Source: Dendrobates tinctorius
Taxonomy: Eukaryota
NCBI RefSeq assembly: GCF_039654945.1
Contig: NW_027361804.1
Coordinates: forward strand, 2,976,001 to 3,040,000
Direction: 5' to 3'
Length of the DNA: 64,000 nt
Shown: in pieces, positions 1-13,100 of the stretch
How positions within the stretch are numbered: the stretch's first letter is position 1
How the letters are laid out: the number at the start of each line of letters is the position of its first letter
Notes under the pieces: model-generated
Told to the model about the DNA's origin: nothing
Database searches by the model: none
The model's input: the letters and a program-made list of their open reading frames with translations, nothing else
Made by a program: the position numbers and the translations under genes

Positions 1-2529
1 CACCTAAATGTGTGATCAGTGCTCCAAGGCCTGCACCTAAATGTGTGATCACTGCACCGAGGCCTGCACCTAAATGTGATCACTGCACCGAGGCCTGCAC
101 CTAAATGTGTGATCACTGCTCCGAGGCCTGCACCTAAATGTGTGATCACTGCTCCAAGGCCTGCACCTAAATGTGTGATCACTGCTCCAAGGCCTGCACC
201 TAAATGTGTGATCACTGCACCAAGGCCTGCACCTAAATGTGTGATCACTGCACCAAGGCCTGCACCTAAATGTGTGATCACTGCACCAAGGCCTGCACCT
301 AAATGTGTGATCACTGCTCCAAGGCCTGCACCTAAATGTGTGATCACTGCACCAAGGCCTGCACCTAAATGTGTGATCACTGCACCAAGGCCTGCACCTA
401 AATGTGATCACTGCACCAAGGCCTGCACCTAAATGTGTGATCACTGCTCCAAGGCCTGCACCTAAATGTGTGATCACTGCTCCAAGGCCTGCACCTAAAT
501 GTGTGATCACTGCTCCAAGGCCTGCACCTAAATGTGTGATCACTGCACCAAGGCCTGCACCTAAATGTGTGATCACTGCACCAAGGCCTGCACCTAAATG
601 TGTGATCACTGCTCCAAGGCCTGCACCTAAATGTGTGATCACTGCTCCAAGGCCTGCACCTAAATGTGTGATCACTGCTCCAAGGCCTGCACCTAAATGT
701 GTGATCACTGCTCCAAGGCCTGCACCTAAATGTGTGATCACTGCTCCAAGGCCTGCACCTAAATGTGTGATCACTGCTCCAAGGCCTGCACCTAAATGTG
801 TGATCACTGCTCCAAGGCCTGCACCTAAATGTGTGATCACTGCACCGAGGCCTGCACCTAAATGTGATCACTGCACCGAGGCCTGCACCTAAATGTGTGA
901 TCACTGCTCCGAGGCCTGCACCTAAATGTGTGATCACTGCTCCGAGGCCTGCACCTAAATGTGTGATCACTGCTCCAAGGCCTGCACCTAAATGTGTGAT
1001 CACTGCACCAAGGCCTGCACCTAAATGTGTGATCACTGCACCAAGGCCTGCACCTAAATGTGTGATCACTGCACCAAGGCCTGCACCTAAATGTGTGATC
1101 ACTGCTCCAAGGCCTGCACCTAAATGTGTGATCACTGCACCAAGGCCTGCACCTAAATGTGTGATCACTGCACCAAGGCCTGCACCTAAATGTGATCACT
1201 GCACCAAGGCCTGCACCTAAATGTGTGATCACTGCTCCAAGGCCTGCACCTAAATGTGTGATCACTGCTCCAAGGCCTGCACCTAAATGTGTGATCACTG
1301 CTCCAAGGCCTGCACCTAAATGTGTGATCACTACTCCAAGGCCTGCACCTAAATGTGTGATCACTACTCCAAGGCCTGCACCTAAATGTGTGATCACTGC
1401 TCCAAGGCCTGAACCTAAATGTGTGATCACTGCACCAAGGCCTGCACCTAAATGTGTGATCACTGCTCCAAGGCCTGCACCTAAATGTGTGATCACTGCT
1501 CCAAGGCCTGCACCTAAATGTGTGATCACTGCTCCAAGGCCTGCACCTAAATGTGTGATCACTGCTCCAAGGCCTGCACCTAAATGTGTGATCACTGCTC
1601 CAAGGCCTGCACCTAAATGTGTGATCACTGCACCAAGGCCTGCACCTAAATGTGTGATCACTGCTCCAAGGCCTGCACCTAAATGTGTGATCACTGCTCC
1701 AAGGCCTGAACCTAAATGTGTGATCACTACTCCAAGGCCTGCACCTAAATGTGTGATCACTGCTCCAAGGCCTGCACCTAAATGTGTGATCACTGCTCCA
1801 AGGCCTGCACCTAAATGTGTGATCACTGCACCAAGGCCTGCACCTAAATGTGTGATCACTACTCCAAGGCCTGAACCTAAATGTGTGATCACTACTCCAA
1901 GGCCTGCACCTAAATGTGTGATCACTACTCCAAGGCCTGCACCTAAATGTGTGATCACTGCACCAAGGCCTGAACCTAAATGTGTGATCACTACTCCAAG
2001 GCCTGCACCTAAATGTGCGATCACTGCTCCAAGGCCTGCACCTAAATGTGTGATCACTGCACCAAGGCCTGCACCTAAATGTGTGATCACTTCACCAAGG
2101 CCTGCACCTAAATGTATGATCACTGCTTCAAGGCCTGCACCTAAATGTGTGATCACTGCTCCAAGGCCTGCACCTAAATGTGTGATCACTGCTCCAAGGC
2201 CTGCACCTAAATGTGTGATCACTGCTCCAAGGCCTGCACCTAAATGTGTGATCACTGCTCCAAGGCCTGAACCTAAATGTGTGATCACTGCTCCAAGGCC
2301 TGCACCTAAATGTGTGATCACTGCTCCAAGGCCTGCACCTAAATGTGTGATCACTGCTCCAAGGCCTGCACCTAAATGTGTGATCACTGCTCCAAGGCCT
2401 GCACCTAAATGTGTGATCACTGCTCCAAGGCCTGCACCTAAATGTGTGATCACTGCACCAAGGCCTGCACCTAAATGTGTGATCACTGCTCCAAGGCCTG
2501 CACCTAAATGTGTGATCACTGCTCCAAGG
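1..2529. repeat. 33-bp minisatellite (CACCTAAATGTGTGATCACTGCTCCAAGGCCTG)n, runs off the left edge
   Basis: Direct tandem repetition; the ORFs (VITAPRPAPKC)n and (HLGAGLGAVIT)n are translations of the unit. Confidence 0.97.
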
Positions 2530-3077
2530 TGACACCAAGAACCTAATCAAAAACTGCATCTAGAAACAGATAACTCCAGCATCTATGGCCGCACACGCAG
2601 CCTCCGCCCCACAGTCTTCTCTGATTCCGTTTGCAGTTTTTAATTTGCGTTTTTCAGCCAACAGAGAGACGAGAAACGCGCAGGAATCCGCGCCCGCTCA
2701 GTAGCTCCCCCTGTGCTTGTACAGGGAAACGCAGCAGATTTTCTTTCTAAAAAAAAACCCAAAAAACAGAAGAAATAAAGCGTTTCTTTGTGTGGGAACA
2801 AAACCGCACGAAAACTTCCCTAATACTGTATCTAAACTGCACCAGCTGCCGCCGAGAGAGAAACCTGGAAAGATTCAGGGCCTGGAAACCATCAACAAGC
2901 AGGACGAGCTCCGAGACACCAGGAGGAAGGCAGGGACTGGATGACTGGGAGTTAATGAGCTGACCCCTCCTCAGGGGCATTAAACAAGAGGTCTCCATTG
3001 TCACCAGCAGCTTGCTGACTGTTTCCAGGGGTCACACAGAGGTTGGGGGTCTGTGCAGAGTAATGATGGGTTCCTCT

Positions 3078-3440
3078 GCGCCCCCTGGTGGTGACGTGCA
3101 GGACAGCAGCTGGGCTCACCCGAGATATGATGTGAACGCTCCCCTGCAGTCTGAGCACCTGCAGCATTTTCCCGAACGTCATCCACACGCTGCGTTATTT
3201 TTTCTACTCGGGTTTTTATTGTCGGTCCGAGCGCTGCCCGTGAATAGACGTCATAAACTACAACTCCCGGCAAGCTCCGCGCTGACTTCCGTCCGCGACG
3301 CTCTCTGGACACATGGGAGTTGTAGTCTCCTCCATGACTCACATCACTTCATTTCCCAGCAGCCAGTGCGGGGTCCGGGCGCCACCTGGTGGCCACGATA
3401 GTGTATGACAGCGCTCTTCATTCAGAAAGTGACAGGTGAG
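3078..3440. promoter_or_regulatory. CpG-rich putative bidirectional promoter with CTCF and ZNF143/THAP11-type motifs
   Basis: CTCF-consensus sites on the - strand at 3078-3091 (GCGCCCCCTGGTGG) and 3379-3392 (GCGCCACCTGGTGG). Inverted ACTACAACTCCC pair at 3257-3268 and 3315-3326 with an ETS-like ACTTCCG between them. Outward-facing splice donors at 3119 (-) and 3436 (+). Confidence 0.5.
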
Positions 3441-3598
3441 CGCGGAGGCGGGCGGTAATGAGAGGGTTACAACATCGGAGTGAGGATCACCTGTGACTGG
3501 CTCCTAAAATCGGTTTTATCTTGGGGGGGGGTCAAGGCCGAAAGTAATTCCCCCCTTCATGCAGCGTTCATCCTCCCCCTCCAGGGACAGGAGACAAA

Positions 3599-3745
3599 GG
3601 GTTAATGGCAGCCGGCAGGTGGAGGGTTAATGGCAGCCGGCAGGTGGAGGGTTAATGGCAGCCGGCAGGTGGAGGGTTAATGGCAGCCGGCAGGTGGAGG
3701 GTTAATGGCAGCCGGCAGGTGGAGGGTTAATGGCAGCCGGCAGGC
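3599..3745. repeat. 25-bp tandem repeat (GGGTTAATGGCAGCCGGCAGGTGGA), about 6 copies
   Basis: Near-perfect direct repeats. Confidence 0.93.
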
Positions 3746-4131
3746 ATTTAACCCTATGAACCAGTCGCCTCCTGTTAATCCGCTAGTAAATAACGCAGTT
3801 GGATTATTGGAGCTGGGAGAGAAGAGGTTAACAGGGGTCTCCTCCCCCCGCCCCTATTACTCCATTGGGTTATCGGCCGAGAGGCGAAGGGTTAATCGGA
3901 GGCCTCACGTTGCGGGGTTCCCCGGTGAGGTTTCAGGGGGAGACGTTTCGCTCTGTTGGTGATTTCAAGGGTTAAAAATGGCGCAAAATTTCCTGAGCAA
4001 AGAAAACGGCGCAGACCAGAGCGGAGAACGCGGGTGTGAACGGGGCCCGACTGCTGCGGCATCTGCTCCGGGGCCGGGAGACCCCCAACCTGGAACCCTC
4101 TGTGCTGCGGCGACTCCACCACTGACACTGG

Positions 4132-5050
4132 GTGTAACAGCAGAACAGTGACTGCAGCTCTGGAGGTGACTGGAGTATGAGACACAATGTAACAGCAGAA
4201 CAGTGACTGCAGCTCTGGAGGTGACTGGAGTATGAGACACAATGTAACAGCTGAATAGTGAGTGCAGCTCTGGAGGTGACTGGAGTATGAGACACGATGT
4301 AACAGCAGAACAGTGAGTGCAGCTCTGGAGGTGACTGGAGGATAAGACACGATGTAACAGCAGAATAGTGACTGCAGCTCTGGAGGTGACTGGAGTATGA
4401 GACACGATGTAACAGCAGAACAGTGAGTGCAGCTCTGGAGGTGACTGGAGTATGAGACACAATGTAACAGCAGAACAGTGAGTGCAGCTCTGGAGGTGAC
4501 TGGAGGATAAGACACGATGTAACAGCAGAATAGTGACTGCAGCTCTGGAGGTGACTGGAGTATGAGACACGATGTAACAGCAGAACAGTGAGTGCAGCTC
4601 TGGAGGTGACTGGAGTATGAGACACAATGTAACAGCTGAATAGTGAGTGCAGCTCTGGAGGTGACTGGAGTATGAGACACAATGTAACAGCTGAATAGTG
4701 AGTGCAGCTCTGGAGGTGACTGGAGTATGAGACACAATGTAACAGCTGAATAGTGAGTGCAGCTCTGGAGGTGACTGGAGGATAAGACACGATGTAACAT
4801 CTGAATAGTGAGTGCAGCTCTGGAGGTGACTGGAGTATGAGACACGATGTAACAGCAGAATAGTGAGTGCAGCTCTAGAGGCGACTGGAGGATAAGACAT
4901 GATGTAACAGCAGAATAGTGAGTGCAGCTCTAGAGGTGACTGGAGGATAAAACATGATGTAACAGCAGAATAGTGAGTGCAGCTCTAGAGGTGACTGGAG
5001 GATAAAACATGATGTAACAGTAGAATAGTGAGTGCAGCTCTGGAGGTGAC
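4132..5050. repeat. 55-bp minisatellite (TGTAACAGCAGAATAGTGAGTGCAGCTCTGGAGGTGACTGGAGTATGAGACACGA)n
   Basis: Direct tandem repetition; same family as 46654-47560 in the opposite orientation. Confidence 0.95.
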
Positions 5051-5335
5051 ACAAGTACAAGGCATAATTTAATTAAATAACTGGAAAAATGTAAATCTCT
5101 GCTTATTTTCCATTTGTTGCTCTTTTTCTCCCGGTCAGATACAATCCGCGCAGTGCGGCTCCTGGCCGCCATTACTAAAGGTAATCCCTGCTACAGAATC
5201 CGATCTCCCAGGTGTCTACAGGATCCGACCGCCCCCGACAGCGCCGCCCCGGAATCTGCCCGACAGCAGCGGCGGAGAGCGAGCCCTCAGGAGTCACCGG
5301 GGAAAGGAACCCGGAAAGTAAGTGACCCACAGTCT

Positions 5336-8300
5336 GTGTATATACACTGCACAGTACCACTCCTCCTGTATATATACACTGCACAGTACCGCTCCTCCTG
5401 TATATATACACTGCACAGTACCACTCCTCCTGTATATATACACTGCACAGTACCGCTCCTCCTGTATATAGACACTGCACAGTACCACTCCTCCTCTATA
5501 TATACACTGCACAGTACCACTCCTCCTGTATATATACACTGCACAGTACCACTCCTCCTGTATATATACACTGCACAGTACCGCTCCTCCTGTATATAGA
5601 CACTGCACAGTACCACTCCTCCTCTATATATACACTGCACAGTACCACTCCTCCTGTATATAGACACTGCACAGTACCACTCCTCCTCTATATATACACT
5701 GCACAGTACCACTCCTCCTGTATATATACACTGCACAGTACCACTCCTCCTGTATATATACACTGCACAGTACCGCTCCTCCTGTATATATACACTGCAC
5801 AGTACCGCTCCTCCTGTATATATACACCGCACAGTACCGCTCCTCCTGTATATATACACTGCACAGTACCGCTCCTCCTGTATATATACACCGCACAGTA
5901 CCACTCCTCCTGTATATATATACTGCACAGTACCACTCCTCCTGTATATATACACTGCACAGTACTACTCCTCCTGTATATATACACTGCACAGTACCAC
6001 TCCTCCTGTATATATACACTGCACAGTACCACTCCTCCTGTATATATACACTGCACAGTACCACTCCTCCTGTATATATACACTGCACAGTACCGCTCCT
6101 CCTGTATATATACACTGCACAGTACCGCTCCTCCTGTATATATACACTGCACAGTACCGCTCCTCCTGTATATATACACTGCACAGTACCGCTCCTCCTG
6201 TATATATACACTGCACAGTACTACTCCTCCTGTATATATACACTGCACAGTACCACTCCTCCTGTATATATACACTGCACAGTACCGCTCCTCCTGTATA
6301 TATACACTGCACAGTACCGCTCCTCCTGTATATATACACTGCACAGTACCACTCCTCCTGTATATATACACTGCACAGTACCACTCCTCCTGTATATATA
6401 TACTGCACAGTACCACTCCTCCTGTATATATACACTGCACAGTACCGCTCCTCCTGTATATATACACTGCACAGTACCGCTCCTCCTGTATATATACACT
6501 GCACAGTACCACTCCTCCTGTATATATACACTGCACAGTACCACTCCTCCTGTATATATATACTGCACAGTACCACTCCTCCTGTATATATACACTGCAC
6601 AGTACCACTCCTCCTGTATATATACACTGCACAGTACCACTCCTCCTGTATATATACACTGCACAGTACCCCTCCTCCTGTATATATACACTGCACAGTA
6701 CCACTCCTCCTGTATATATACACTGCACAGTACCACTCCTCCTGTATATATACACTGCACAGTACCACTCCTCCTGTATATATACACTGCACAGTACCAC
6801 TCCTCCTGTATATATACACTGCACAGTACCACTCCTCCTGTATATATATACTGCACAGTACCACTCCTCCTGTATATATACACTGCACAGTACCACTCCT
6901 CCTGTATATATACACTGCACAGTACCACTCCTCCTGTATATATACACTGCACAGTACCACTCCTCCTGTATATATACACTGCACAGTACCACTCCTCCTG
7001 TATATATACACTGCACAGTACCACTCCTCCTGTATATATATACTGCACAGTACCACTCCTCCTGTATATATACACTGCACAGTACCACTCCTCCTGTATA
7101 TATACACTGCACAGTACCACTCCTCCTGTATATATACACTGCACAGTACCACTCCTCCTGTATATATACACTGCACAGTACCACTCCTCCTGTATATATA
7201 CACTGCACAGTACCACTCCTCCTGTATATATACACTGCACAGTACCCCTCCTCCTGTATATATACACTGCACAGTACCACTCCTCCTGTATATATACACT
7301 GCACAGTACCACTCCTCCTGTATATATACACTGTACAGTACCGCTCCTCCTGTATATATACACCGCACAGTACCGCTCCTCCTGTATATGTACACTGCAC
7401 AGTACCGCTCCTCCTGTATATAGACACTGCACAGTACCACTCCTCCTGTATATATACACTGCACAGTACCGCTCCTCCTGTATATATACACTGCACAGTA
7501 CCGCTCCTCCTGTATATATACACTGCACAGTACCGCTCCTCCTGTATATATACACTGCACAGTACCGCTCCTCCTGTATATATACACTGCACAGTACCGC
7601 TCCTCCTGTATTTATACACTGCACAGTACCGCTCCTCCTGTATATATACACCGCACAGTACCGCTCCTCCTGTATATATACACTGCACAGTACCGCTCCT
7701 CCTGTATATATACACTGCACAGTACCGCTCCTCCTGTATATATACACTGCACAGTACCGCTCCTCCTGTATTTATACACTGCACAGTACCGCTCCTCCTG
7801 TATATATACACCGCACAGTACCACTCCTCCTGTATATATACACTGCACAGTACCCCTCCTCCTGTATATATACACTGCACAGTACCGCTCCTCCTGTATA
7901 TATACACTGCACAGTACCCCTCCTCCTGTATATATATACTGCACAGTACCATTCCTCCTGTATATATATACTGCACAGTACCACTCCTCCTGTATATATA
8001 CACTGCACAGTACCACTCCTCCTGTATATATACACTGCACAGTACCACTCCTCCTGTATATATACACTGCACAGTACCACTCCTCCTGTATATATACACC
8101 GCACAGTACCACTCCTCCTGTATATATACACTGCACAGTACCACTCCTCCTGTATATATACACCGCACAGTACCACTCCTCCTGTATATATACACTGCAC
8201 AGTACCGCTCCTCCTGTATATATACACTGCACAGTACCCCTCCTCCTGTATATATACACTGCACAGTACCGCTCCTCCTGTATATATACACTGCACAGTA

Positions 8301-8410
8301 CCACTCCTCCTGTATATATATACACTGCACAGCACCGCTCCTCCTGTATATATACACTGCACAGTACCACTCCTCCTGTATATATACACTGAACAGTACC
8401 ACTCCTCCTG
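5336..8410. repeat. 32-bp minisatellite (TATATACACTGCACAGTACCACTCCTCCTGTA)n
   Basis: Direct tandem repetition. Confidence 0.97.
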
Positions 8411-8419
8411 TCCTGTAAA

Positions 8420-8600
8420 ATTCAAATTCACATTCAAAGAAGCTTTATTGGCAGGACTATATACACATTACTTTTGCCAAAGCAAGTGTACAGAAGGGAG
8501 TAAGGATGGTGGTTGGGGGCAGATCCAGGATGGGGCTATAGGAGTCCATGGCATGTCATAGTTCTCTTTCTCGCAGTCTATGACATTCGCTCATATACCG
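8420..8600 (-). mobile_element. Possible 3' end of a non-LTR retrotransposon
   Basis: TTCAAA-like short-repeat tail followed by TTTATT (AATAAA on -), wedged between two arrays; family not established. Confidence 0.3.
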
Positions 8601-8607
8601 CGCTGTA

Positions 8608-9833
8608 TGTACCCCTTCTCCTGCCCCGTATACTGGGTGTACAATACCCCTTCTCCTGCCCCGTATGCTGGCTGCACAGTACCCCTTCTCCTGCCCCGTA
8701 TACTGGGTGCACAGTACCCCTTCTCCTGCCCTGTATACTGGGTGCACAGTACCCCTTCTCCTGCCCTGTATACTGGGTGCACAGTACCCCTTCTCCTGCC
8801 CCGTATGCTGGGTGCACAGTACCCCTTCTCCTGCCCCGTATGCTGGGTACACAGTACCCCTTCTCCTGCCCCGTGTACTGGGTGCACAGTACCCCTTCTC
8901 CTGCCCTGTATACTGGGTGCACAGTACCCCTTCTCCTGCCCTGTATACTGGGTGCACAGTACCCCTTCTCCTGCCCTGTATACTGGGTGCACAGTACCCT
9001 TCTCCTGCCCTGTATACTGGGTGCACAGTACCCCTTCTCCTGCCCTGTATACTGGGTGCACAGTACCCCTTCTCCTGCCCCGTATACTGGGTGCACAGTA
9101 CCCCTTCTCCTGCCCTGTATACTGGGTGCACAGTACCCCTTCTCCTGCCCCGTATACTGGGTGCACAGTACCCCTTCTCCTGCCCTGTATACTGGGTGCA
9201 CAGTACCCCTTCTCCTGCCCTGTATACTGGGTGCACAGTACCCCTTCTCCTGCCCTGTATACTGGGTGCACAGTACCCCTTCTCCTGCCCTGTATACTGG
9301 GTGCACAGTACCCCTTCTCCTGCCCCGTATACTGGGTGCACAGTACCCCTTCTCCTGCCCTGTATACTGGGTGCACAGTACCCCTTCTCCTGCCCCGTAT
9401 ACTGGGTGCACAGTACCCCTTTTCCTGCCCCGTATACTGGGTGCACAGTACCCCTTTTCCTGCCCCGTATACTGGGTGCACAGTACCCCTTTTCCTGCCC
9501 CGTATGCTGGGTGCACAGTACCCCTTCTCCTGCCCCGTATACTGGGTGCACAGTACCCCTTTTCCTGCCCCGTATGCTGGGTGCACAGTACCCCTTCTCC
9601 TGCCCCGTATACTGGGTGCACAGTACCCCTTTTCCTGCCCCGTATGCTGGGTGCACAGTACCCCTTTTCCTGCCCCGTATGCTGGGTGCACAGTACCCCT
9701 TCTCCTGCCCCGTATGCTGGGTGCACAGTACCCCTTCTCCTGCCCCGTATGCTGGGTGCACAGTACCCCTTCTCCTTCACCGTATGCTGGGTGCACAGTA
9801 CCCCTTCTCCTGCCCTGTATACTGGGTGCACAG
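8608..9833. repeat. 35-bp minisatellite (TGCACAGTACCCCTTCTCCTGCCCCGTATACTGGG)n
   Basis: Direct tandem repetition. Confidence 0.97.
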
Positions 9834-10171
9834 TTCTGTTGTAGCAGTAATGTTTTCTCCGCAGATGGATGATACGCGGAGTTTCCGTTGCGACCTGTGA
9901 GCGTCTCTCTGTTAATCGTCTACAGGCGGTTGTGGTTTCCTATGTATAGCCGGCGGAGGAAGTAGTACTGTGCGGGGAGGTCGGCCGCTCATGATAACTT
10001 CTTCATTTTCCGTGTTTATTCAGTTTTCCTGCACAACGTGGATCGTGATAAATATTTATGGGATTTTCTGCCTCGTCCTGTGGGGTCGCCGGCGCTCCCT
10101 GACGCACCGTCCCGTATCTCTGACGCCTCCTTCTCCCCAGGGACTGACTGGTCTGTGACAAGAAGGGAAAG

Positions 10172-13100
10172 ATGGAGGCGTCCTGGGTGCACGGACTGGA
10201 TGGCTCTAAAGTCACCATCGCCCTCATTGCTGGATTGCTGGGATTGCTGTACTGGTGAGTGACTCCCCGCACACCCTCTGTATAGACGGTTTCTGTATCC
10301 TTTATAGCTGCATACACAGAACTATATGCATATATCTACCCGCCATATCATTCTAATCATACCGCTACACTGTGTTCACAAATTACTACTATATAGAGGT
10401 GACCTAATACCACCACATAGTGACCAAGGAATACCAGCATGAAGCCGTTATATAGTGTCCGAATAATACTGTTATACAATAATCCTTAATACCACCACAA
10501 AGTGCACTAATAATGCTACAATACAGCTCCCACCATACAGGCGGCCATGTAAGACCCCACATAGTATCCACAGACTATATACAGTACTGAAATAATGCCA
10601 CCCTAAAGCACTACATAATACCATCACTTAGTGTCCAAGCAATGTTGTCATAGTATCCAAATATTACTGCCTTACTAAATCCACTTAGAAGTGTCCAATG
10701 ATTTCCACTTAATAGCCCCTTATCTTACAGCACCTATGTAATACCATCACATAGTAAACAAATAATACCACAATTCAGCGCCTATGTAATACCGCCACAT
10801 AGAATAACAAACCCTCCAAAGCACAATGTGTGATAGGACACCCACTCGACCCATATCAGTGATAGGTAATAGACGGCTTCCACATTAGAACTTGATAACC
10901 AAAGACACCATAAGGAGTACAAAGTCCAAAGAATATAAAACCTATATAATTTTATTAGATATAATTGTCACAAACATGAATACATACAAAAGGATCAGGT
11001 AATGAAGGCAAGGTCACAGATTAAATACCATGTAAAAAATGCCAAAGTGCATTATACCACCATGGGAATAGATTCTAGAAGTACTGGCCAGTATATGTAC
11101 TAAATCCCCCACTGTTGGAACCGGCCAAAATACAATTATACATCCTAAATAAATGCCCCAAGTGCTTACCCATAAGCGATATGAATCAAGACCAAAGCCC
11201 CCAAAAGTCTGAGGTATAAGAATCCCCAGTCATTCCCTAAAGATAGGAAACACGAGCCCTTCATTAGGGTTTTGGGGGTCCGGAATCTCTTACAGAAGGG
11301 GGAGATAGTCTGTAATCAGGTTCTCAATATCTCCGCTCCTGTCTCCTTACAAGAGTTTCATTTTTTTTCTACCACAAATTACATTTGATTCTTTCTCCTC
11401 CTGAATATGAAACATTCCTCTTTTATTCATATAAAATTATGTCAAAAACTTGATAGACAAAAATGCCAAGAATTGGGGGTTTCAGCAGAGGACCCACATT
11501 GGCTGCATTGATGGAAGAAGGAGAGAGAGAGAAGCCTCCACCAGGGAAATGTCTGTTCAGATATTTGTTATTTTGGTGGAAAAGAATGAACTAGATCACA
11601 GTCTATCCATTATTCACCTGAATAGTCAGCCTGAATTGCGGGAACTTGAGCTTTTGGATGACCTCTAGTGATGTGGAGACCTTGTAGAGCAGCCCCCTCA
11701 TGATTTTGGGTTACGTTCTCATCAGGAGAAATACAAACTTGATTATTGAATTACTTGAAGACATCTTTAAATCTGACTTAGGAAGTGATATCCCCATCTC
11801 AGGGGCACCGCTATGGGGTCCCCTGGTGCCCCCAATTTTGCCAGTTGGCCCCTGTGCTACTGTGAGGACCCCTTATTCTTCTGTGAGGATGACCATGAGT
11901 GGTGCACTCAGATTTTTCTGGGGGACGATACATTAATGATACCTTTATCTTATAGTCAGGAACACCCGATGGCTTTAATGACTTTATTAAATACCTGAAT
12001 GTGAATCCGATGGGTTCAAGATTCACTTGAGACCTAGGAGGTGACAGACTACCCTTCCCGGACATATATTATCCAAAGAGGAACAAATGGTCAATTATTA
12101 ACTAATACGACAGTGACTAAAAACTTATTGACATGGGAAAGTTATCAGCCCCCCCCCCCCCCCTCAAACTTAAAGAAAGGGATCTGAAAAGGCCAATTTA
12201 ATAGTATAAGATGTTATTGTTCTATTGTATCTGCCTTTGAAAAAATAAGAAAAAGACTTCAAAAAAAATATTCCTTAGAAGAGGATATCCGTACCCCATA
12301 TTCGGGGGGCTTATAAACATATCCTATATTTACAGGGTCAGAGTCTATAAGTACCCAAGCAAAGAATAAAGGACATGGATCATTGGGTCCTATGATGACC
12401 AAGTGATGGGCACCTTACAGGAATATTGGGAGTTCTGCGGGCCGATCCAGATATATAAGATATTGCACCTTTAGAACGGGACGATGTATTAGGGATAGGC
12501 TGGTTCACAGCGGTTATGGTCCAGCTAAAATCCAGGGTCCGTGGCTGGACCATAAACCACTCGGTACCTATGTAGTACAGCCACATAGTATACTAATAAT
12601 ACCACCATACAGCACCTGTGTAATACCGCCACATAGTACACTAAAACCATCATACTGCACCTATGCAATACCACCACATGGTATACTAATAATGCCATTA
12701 TATAGCACCTATATAATATCACCCCATGGTATACTAATAATACCACTATACAGCATCTACAGTATGTAATACCACCACATAGTATACAAATACCCCTATA
12801 CAGTACTTATGTAATACTGCCACATAGTATACCCCATTGATCACCTATGTAATACCGCTACATGGTATACTAATAATACTCCTATATAGCACCTATGTAA
12901 TACCACTACATAGTGTACTAATAATACCCCCATACAGCACCTATGTCATACCACCACATGGTATACTAATAACGCCATACAGCACCTATGTAATACTGCC
13001 ACATAGTATACTAATACTACCACACAGCACCTATGTAATACCGTCACATGGTATACTAATAATACCCCCATACAGCACCTATGTAATACCGCCACATGGT

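Noticed and set aside
70-9900. Long ORFs (256-904 aa) in the first arrays
   Set aside because: Pure translations of tandem units, open in several frames and on both strands; no splice or domain evidence.
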